DNA from: Kiritimatiellia bacterium
GTDB taxonomy: Bacteria > Verrucomicrobiota > Kiritimatiellia > CAIKKV01
Direction: 5' to 3'
Assembly: GCA_046484345.1 (NCBI GenBank)
Contig: JAWOJA010000088.1
Span: 8,271 to 72,270 of the forward strand
DNA: 64,000 nt
Under the pieces are notes generated by a model that did no database searches, had not been told where the DNA came from, and worked only from the letters and a program-made list of their open reading frames with translations. The translations under genes were made by a program, and so were the position numbers. This document shows positions 59,441 to 64,000 of the stretch, piece after piece. Positions within the stretch are counted from its first letter, which is position 1; the number at the start of each line of letters is the position of its first letter.

Positions 59441-59644
59441 ATGGATCCTGTGACGCTCCACACGCCGGAACAGATTCTTCGGGCCGCCCTCGCCAGGGAA
59501 AAACAGGCGCACGATTTCTATGAAAACATGGCCCTGCACTGCAAAGTCGAATTGGTGCGCAGGCTGCTGGACGATCTGAAAAACGAAGAGAGCCGCCACA
59601 TCCGCCTGATCCAGGCCCTGCTGGCCAAAATGGAGCTCGGCTGA
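59441..59644 (+). CDS. Small ferritin/rubrerythrin-like protein
   Basis: 67 aa with REKQAHDFYENMA...LKNEESRHIRLI (E...ExxH diiron-type half-site). A GGAG RBS lies upstream. Confidence 0.55.
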   Translation: MDPVTLHTPEQILRAALAREKQAHDFYENMALHCKVELVRRLLDDLKNEESRHIRLIQALLAKMELG

Positions 59645-59650
59645 ATCCCC

Positions 59651-60433
59651 ATGCAAACGATCACCTACCGCACGATCAACGACAGTCCGCTCCAAATGGA
59701 CATCTGTCTGCCGGAGGGAACCCCCGGCCCCCGGCCGGGCGTGCTCTTCCTCCACGGCGGCGGCTGGGGCGGCGGCAACCGCGCCCAGTTCACCTGGCAC
59801 ATCCACGAACTGGCCCGCCACGGCTTCGTGGCCGCCTCCGCGAGTTACCGGCTTTCGGCGGTCGCCCGCTATCCCGCCGCGTTGGACGACGTGCAGTGCG
59901 CCATGCGCTGGCTGCGGGCTCATGCGCAGGAACTCCAGCTGGATCCCGCGCGCCTCGGCGCCTTCGGCGGCTCGGCCGGCGGCCATCTGGTCGCCTGCCT
60001 GGGCACGAGGGAAACGCGGGCCGACTGCGAACCCACCCTTAGCGGTTTCTCCAGCCGCGCGCAATGCGTGGTGGACGTTCACGGCATACACGATTTCCAC
60101 GCTCTGACCGATATGGCCGACCTGGAGCCCTCGGTCTTGCGGTTCCTCGGCACGAAAGAAGAAAACGCGGACGCCTGGACCGACGCCTCGCCCATCCATT
60201 TCGTCGATGGGGACACGGCTCCCATGTTCCTGGCGCACGATCCGGCCGATTACCTGGTGCCCTACGGGCAAAGCGTCTTTTTTGCCGCGGCGCTCGTCAA
60301 GGCCGCCCGGCCAGTCGAATTCCTGCCCACACCCGGCTCCGGCCACGGCTATTGCTACAACCCCGAAAATGCCTGGACCCAGAAGCTCTGGCCCCGGACG
60401 GTCGCCTGGCTGACCAGCTGGCTGAAACCCTGA
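59651..60433 (+). CDS. Alpha/beta hydrolase (esterase/lipase, HGGG type)
   Basis: 260 aa with the oxyanion motif FLHGGGWGGG, nucleophile elbow GGSAGGHL and a C-terminal GSGHG. Confidence 0.85.
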   Translation: MQTITYRTINDSPLQMDICLPEGTPGPRPGVLFLHGGGWGGGNRAQFTWHIHELARHGFVAASASYRLSAVARYPAALDDVQCAMRWLRAHAQELQLDPARLGAFGGSAGGHLVACLGTRETRADCEPTLSGFSSRAQCVVDVHGIHDFHALTDMADLEPSVLRFLGTKEENADAWTDASPIHFVDGDTAPMFLAHDPADYLVPYGQSVFFAAALVKAARPVEFLPTPGSGHGYCYNPENAWTQKLWPRTVAWLTSWLKP

Positions 60434-60458
60434 TTGCCGGCCGCGGCCTTATGACGCC

Positions 60459-61268
60459 TTAGGAATAACTCTGCGCATCGGCCGGAAAACGGCCGGCGCG
60501 CACATCTTCGTGGTAGGCGGCCAGTGCCCCGCGCATGGCGGCGCCCACTTCGGCATACCGTTTCACAAATTTCGGGGTGGCTTCCGCCGGCGTCATGCCG
60601 AACAGGTCATGGGACACCAGGATCTGCCCATCACAGGCCGGGCCCGCTCCAATGCCGATGGTCGGCACTTTGACAGCCGCCGTCAGCTCGGCCCCCAATT
60701 CCGCCGGCACACATTCCACCACAAGTGCAAAAACGCCGGCCTGCTCCAGGGCCTGCGCGTCCGCCAGCAGCCGCTTGGCCTCCTCCGGCCGCCGGCCCTG
60801 CACCTTGTAGCCGCCCAATTCGCGCAGACTCTGCGGCGTCAGCCCGATATGCCCCAGCACCGGAATGCCGTTCCGCACCAGCGCGGCGATGGTCTCCGCG
60901 CGCAACGCGCCGCCTTCCAGCTTCACGGCCCCCACGCCGCCCTCTTTCAAAAAGCGGCCGGCATTCTCCAGCGCCTGCTCGCGGGAAACCTGGTAGGACA
61001 TGAACGGCATGTCGCCCACCACCAGCGCCGACTTCACGGCCCGCGAAACCGCGGCCCCGTGATGCAACATCTGCTCCAGCGTCACGGGCAGGGTCGATTC
61101 ATATCCCAGCATCGTCATGCCGAGCGAGTCGCCCACCAGAACCAGCGGGATGCCGGCCTCATCCACCAGGCGGGCGGTAAAATAATCGTAGGCGGTCAGG
61201 CACGCGATTTTCTCGCGCCCCTTCTGCGCCTTGATCTTCGCGGCGCTCCATTTGACGAGTTCGGCCAT
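60459..61268 (-). CDS. panB: 3-methyl-2-oxobutanoate hydroxymethyltransferase
   Basis: 269 aa with ACLTAYDYFTARLVDEAGIPLVLVGDSLGM and KLEGG. Confidence 0.95.
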   Translation of the reverse strand: MAELVKWSAAKIKAQKGREKIACLTAYDYFTARLVDEAGIPLVLVGDSLGMTMLGYESTLPVTLEQMLHHGAAVSRAVKSALVVGDMPFMSYQVSREQALENAGRFLKEGGVGAVKLEGGALRAETIAALVRNGIPVLGHIGLTPQSLRELGGYKVQGRRPEEAKRLLADAQALEQAGVFALVVECVPAELGAELTAAVKVPTIGIGAGPACDGQILVSHDLFGMTPAEATPKFVKRYAEVGAAMRGALAAYHEDVRAGRFPADAQSYS

Positions 61269-61283
61269 ATGTTCCCCTTTTCT

Positions 61284-61781
61284 TCACAGCGATTCCGCGA
61301 ACACCCGCACGCCGCCGGCCGGCAGCGCCGTCAGCGCCTCGCGCGCGGTCTGCCGGTTGCCCGGCAGGACGAGGTCCGGCCGCACCTCCGCGAGCGGCTC
61401 CACCACAAAGCGCCGCTCCGCCCACCGGGGATGCGGCACCATCAAATCGGGTTCATCCAGCCGCGCCGCGCCGGCATACAGGATATCCACGTCCAGCGTC
61501 CGCGGCCCGTTGCGCTCGCCGCGCACCCGCCCCGCCGCCCGCTCGAGGGCCTTGGCCGCCGCCAGCAGTTCCCGCACCGTGCCCGGCCATTCCACAATCA
61601 CCACGGCATTCAAAAAGGCCAGGCCGCGATAGGCCGCCGGCACCTCGACGGGCTCAGTTTCATAAACGCGCGACCGCGCCAAAACCCGAACGCACGGAAG
61701 CGCGGCCAGGCGGCTTACCGCCTGCCTCAACTGCTCCAGCCGGTCGCCCAGGTTGGAGCCCAGACTCAAGCCCGCTTCCAT
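61284..61781 (-). CDS. folK: 2-amino-4-hydroxy-6-hydroxymethyldihydropteridine diphosphokinase
   Basis: 165 aa with LSLGSNLGDR, PRTLDVDIL and PHPR. Confidence 0.9.
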   Translation of the reverse strand: MEAGLSLGSNLGDRLEQLRQAVSRLAALPCVRVLARSRVYETEPVEVPAAYRGLAFLNAVVIVEWPGTVRELLAAAKALERAAGRVRGERNGPRTLDVDILYAGAARLDEPDLMVPHPRWAERRFVVEPLAEVRPDLVLPGNRQTAREALTALPAGGVRVFAESL

Positions 61782-61793
61782 AAGGGGGGTCCT

Positions 61794-62597
61794 TTATTTC
61801 AGACCCAGCACGTCCTGCATATCGTAAAGTCCGGCCTTGCGGCCCGCCGTCCACTTCGCGGCCTGCAGGGCGCCATGCGCGAAGCCGTCGCGCCCGGAGG
61901 CCTTGTGGGTCAGCTCCACCCGATCGCCTTCGGCGGCAAACATAACCGTATGATCGCCCACCACATCCCCGCCGCGCAGGGCGTGAATGCCGATTTCGCC
62001 CCTGGGCCGTTCGCCCGTCTGCCCGTGGCGCCCGTAATTGGCCACCGCGTCCAGGGACTGCCCGCGGCCCGCGGCCGCGGCCTTGGCCAGGCCCAAAGCC
62101 GTTCCGCTCGGCGCGTCCTTCTTGAAATGATGATGCATTTCGACGATTTCAATATCGTACGCCGGGCCCAGGGTCTGCGCCGCGCGCCGGACCAGGGAAA
62201 AAAGCAGATTCACACCCAAGCTGTAGTTGGGGGCCCAGACAATGGGCACGCGCGCCGCCGCCTGGGTCACGCGCGCCGTCTCGGCCGCGTCCAGGCCCGT
62301 CGTTCCAATAATCACCGGCTTGCCGAGGGCGGCGCAGAGCTCCGCATTTTCCGGAACGGCGGCGTGGAAAGTGAAATCGATCGCCACGTCCGCCGCGGCC
62401 AGAACCGCGCGCAGGTCGGAGGCAATGAGCACGCCGGTGTCGCCGATTCCGGCCGGCTGGCCCGCATCGCGGCCAATCCAGGGGCAGCCCCCCTTTTCAA
62501 CAGCAACGGCCAACTTCACGCCTTCCACAGCCGCACAGCCGCGCACCAGCGCCTGGCCCATGCGGCCGGCAGCCCCCAATATCGCCACCTTGATCAT
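61794..62597 (-). CDS. dapB: 4-hydroxy-tetrahydrodipicolinate reductase
   Basis: The start MIKVAILGAAGRMGQAL is at 62597. Motifs are EMHHHFKKDAPSGTA and IHALRGGDVVGDHTV. The upstream part of track ORF 61794..62906 overlaps dapA out of frame. Confidence 0.95.
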   Translation of the reverse strand: MIKVAILGAAGRMGQALVRGCAAVEGVKLAVAVEKGGCPWIGRDAGQPAGIGDTGVLIASDLRAVLAAADVAIDFTFHAAVPENAELCAALGKPVIIGTTGLDAAETARVTQAAARVPIVWAPNYSLGVNLLFSLVRRAAQTLGPAYDIEIVEMHHHFKKDAPSGTALGLAKAAAAGRGQSLDAVANYGRHGQTGERPRGEIGIHALRGGDVVGDHTVMFAAEGDRVELTHKASGRDGFAHGALQAAKWTAGRKAGLYDMQDVLGLK

Positions 62598-62611
62598 ATA
62601 CCGTTCTCCGT

Positions 62612-63490
62612 TTACACCTTCACCAGGCCGAGGGCCGCCAGGGTGGCGCGCAGCTTGGCGCGCGGCGCCGGCGCCATCTCGCAAAGCGGAAGGCGATAGG
62701 TTTCCTCGATCAGGCCGGCCATGGCCATGGCGGCCTTGACAGGAATCGGATTCGTATCCAGAAACAGATCCGTGAACAGCGCGAAGAGCCGGTCGTGCAG
62801 CGCCAGCGCCTTCGGCCAGTCGTTCGCGCGGGCCGTGCGCACCAGCTCGACCACGAGGCCCGGGGCCACGTTCGAGGCCACGCTGATCACGCCAACCGCG
62901 CCGCAAGCCATCATGGGCAGGGTCAGGCTGTCATCCCCTGAAATGATCGTGATGCCGCAGGCGGCGCGGATGCGGCTGACCCGCTCCACGCTGCCGCCGG
63001 CCTCCTTGACCGCCACGATATTGGGATGCCTCGCCAGTTCGGCGATGGTGGGGACCTCGATTTCGCGCGCCGAGCGGCCGGGCACGTTGTAAAGAACCAC
63101 GGGCAATCCCAGGTCGGCCACCGCCGAAAAATGGCGGATCAGGCCGGTCTGGCTGGGCTTGTTGTAATACGGCGTCACCTGGAGCGTGCCGTCGGCCCCC
63201 GCGTAGAGCGCGAAACGCGTCAGCTCCACCGCCTCGCCCGTCGCATTGGCGCCCGTGCCGGCAATGACCTTCACCCGGCCGGCCGCCGTCTGAATCACCA
63301 CCTCAATGACCTTCTTGTGCTCGTCGTAATCGAGCGTGGGCGACTCACCCGTGGTGCCCACGGGTACCAGGCCGTCGACGCCGGCGGCCACTTGGAGTTC
63401 CGTCAGCTCCTGGAGCTTGCGGTAATCCACGGCGCCGGTGTTCGTGAAAGGCGTCACGAGCGCGGTATACGTTCCCTCAAACATGTTCAT
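62612..63490 (-). CDS. dapA: 4-hydroxy-tetrahydrodipicolinate synthase
   Basis: 292 aa with GTYTALVTPF, VPVGTTGESPTL, YNKP and VAVKEA (Schiff-base Lys). Confidence 0.95.
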   Translation of the reverse strand: MNMFEGTYTALVTPFTNTGAVDYRKLQELTELQVAAGVDGLVPVGTTGESPTLDYDEHKKVIEVVIQTAAGRVKVIAGTGANATGEAVELTRFALYAGADGTLQVTPYYNKPSQTGLIRHFSAVADLGLPVVLYNVPGRSAREIEVPTIAELARHPNIVAVKEAGGSVERVSRIRAACGITIISGDDSLTLPMMACGAVGVISVASNVAPGLVVELVRTARANDWPKALALHDRLFALFTDLFLDTNPIPVKAAMAMAGLIEETYRLPLCEMAPAPRAKLRATLAALGLVKV

Positions 63491-64000
63491 GCTCCTTGCT
63501 GCGCAAACGGCTGCTCGCCGCGAACGAGGTCGGGCCAGACTTCCCTCTCGCGCACGAGAGATTGACGCGAACCCTCCACCATCACCTCGGCCACACGCGG
63601 CCGGCTGTTGTAGGTGGACGACATACTGAACCCGTAGGCCCCGGCGCTCATCACCGCCACCAGGTCGCCGCTCTGCACGGCCGGCAGTTCGCGGTCGGCG
63701 GCCAGAAAATCGCCCGATTCGCAGATCGGGCCGACCAGGTCACCGAACAGCTTGCCGGCCGTCTCCTTCACGGCCAGCACCTCGTGATGGGCCTGGTAAA
63801 GGGCGGGCCGGATCAGGTCGTTCATGCCGGCGTCAATCACCACAAACTTCTTGAAATAGCTCTCCTTGACCGCCACGACCCGGGCCACCAGCATGCCGCC
63901 GTTGCCGACCAGCGTGCGGCCGGGCTCCATCACGGCCTGCAGGTCCAGCTTTTTCAACCACGGCACCAGGGCGGCGGCGTATTTTTCCAGCTCCAGCTCC
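63487..64000 (-). CDS. lysA: Diaminopimelate decarboxylase, C-terminal part (5' end beyond the window)
   Basis: The C-terminal sequence ...GPICESGDFLA...MSAGAYGFSMSSTYNSRPRVAEVMV is typical of LysA. The reading frame stays open to position 64000, and the stop overlaps the dapA ATG. Confidence 0.9.
   Translation of the reverse strand, partial: ELELEKYAAALVPWLKKLDLQAVMEPGRTLVGNGGMLVARVVAVKESYFKKFVVIDAGMNDLIRPALYQAHHEVLAVKETAGKLFGDLVGPICESGDFLAADRELPAVQSGDLVAVMSAGAYGFSMSSTYNSRPRVAEVMVEGSRQSLVREREVWPDLVRGEQPFAQQGA

Noticed and set aside
60510-62699. 729-aa + strand ORF
   Set aside because: It is antisense to panB, folK and dapB, which are clearly the real genes.

Overview
This is a high-GC bacterial chromosome segment. 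My hand counts of single 60-nt lines give about 68% G+C in murA. It holds about 50 protein genes. I saw no rRNA, tRNA or CRISPR array by eye. Most of the window is housekeeping:
- Cell wall and central carbon: murA, tkt, two tandem PFK-family genes, a GT3 glycogen synthase and an AGE-family epimerase.
- A 15.5 kb co-directional block of glutamine-using enzymes (gltB-gltD-purF-pyrG-carB-carA) followed by a NifA-like sigma54 activator.
- A ketose/fucose-type sugar operon, a ZnuABC/TroABC-type metal importer, and panB-folK-dapB-dapA-lysA.

The gene content (PPi-type PFK, GT3 glycogen synthase, an FeFe-hydrogenase-like module, an IS200-like transposase with a DnaA_C-like tail) suggests an anaerobic saccharolytic PVC-type organism. 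That is inference only.

Two visibly lower-GC accessory islets stand out:
- 1-5.5 kb: a type I R-M locus (half-size hsdS, hsdM, full hsdS) with no HsdR in view. It carries a PLD-family nuclease translationally coupled to hsdS, plus a protein-kinase-like ORF that runs off the window edge.
- 23.5-25.9 kb: an AbiEii-like remnant, a HEPN/MNT toxin-antitoxin pair and a Y1 (RAYT/IS200-like) transposase flanked by inverted repeats.

Best candidates for undescribed biology:
1. The M+S+PLD+kinase defence locus.
2. A NuoE / (HndB-NuoF-GltD fusion) / HydA-like trimer in which the H-cluster TSCCP motif reads TSCSP. This could be a transhydrogenase-like or atypical hydrogenase complex.
3. A five-gene envelope cluster at 30.9-36.3 kb, built around a plant CslA/C-like processive GT2 with uncharacterised membrane, secreted and beta-rich partners.
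4. A lipoprotein with 18 CxxC motifs (DnaJ-type zinc-finger repeats).

All functional calls come from motif recognition in the supplied translations. No database searches were run.
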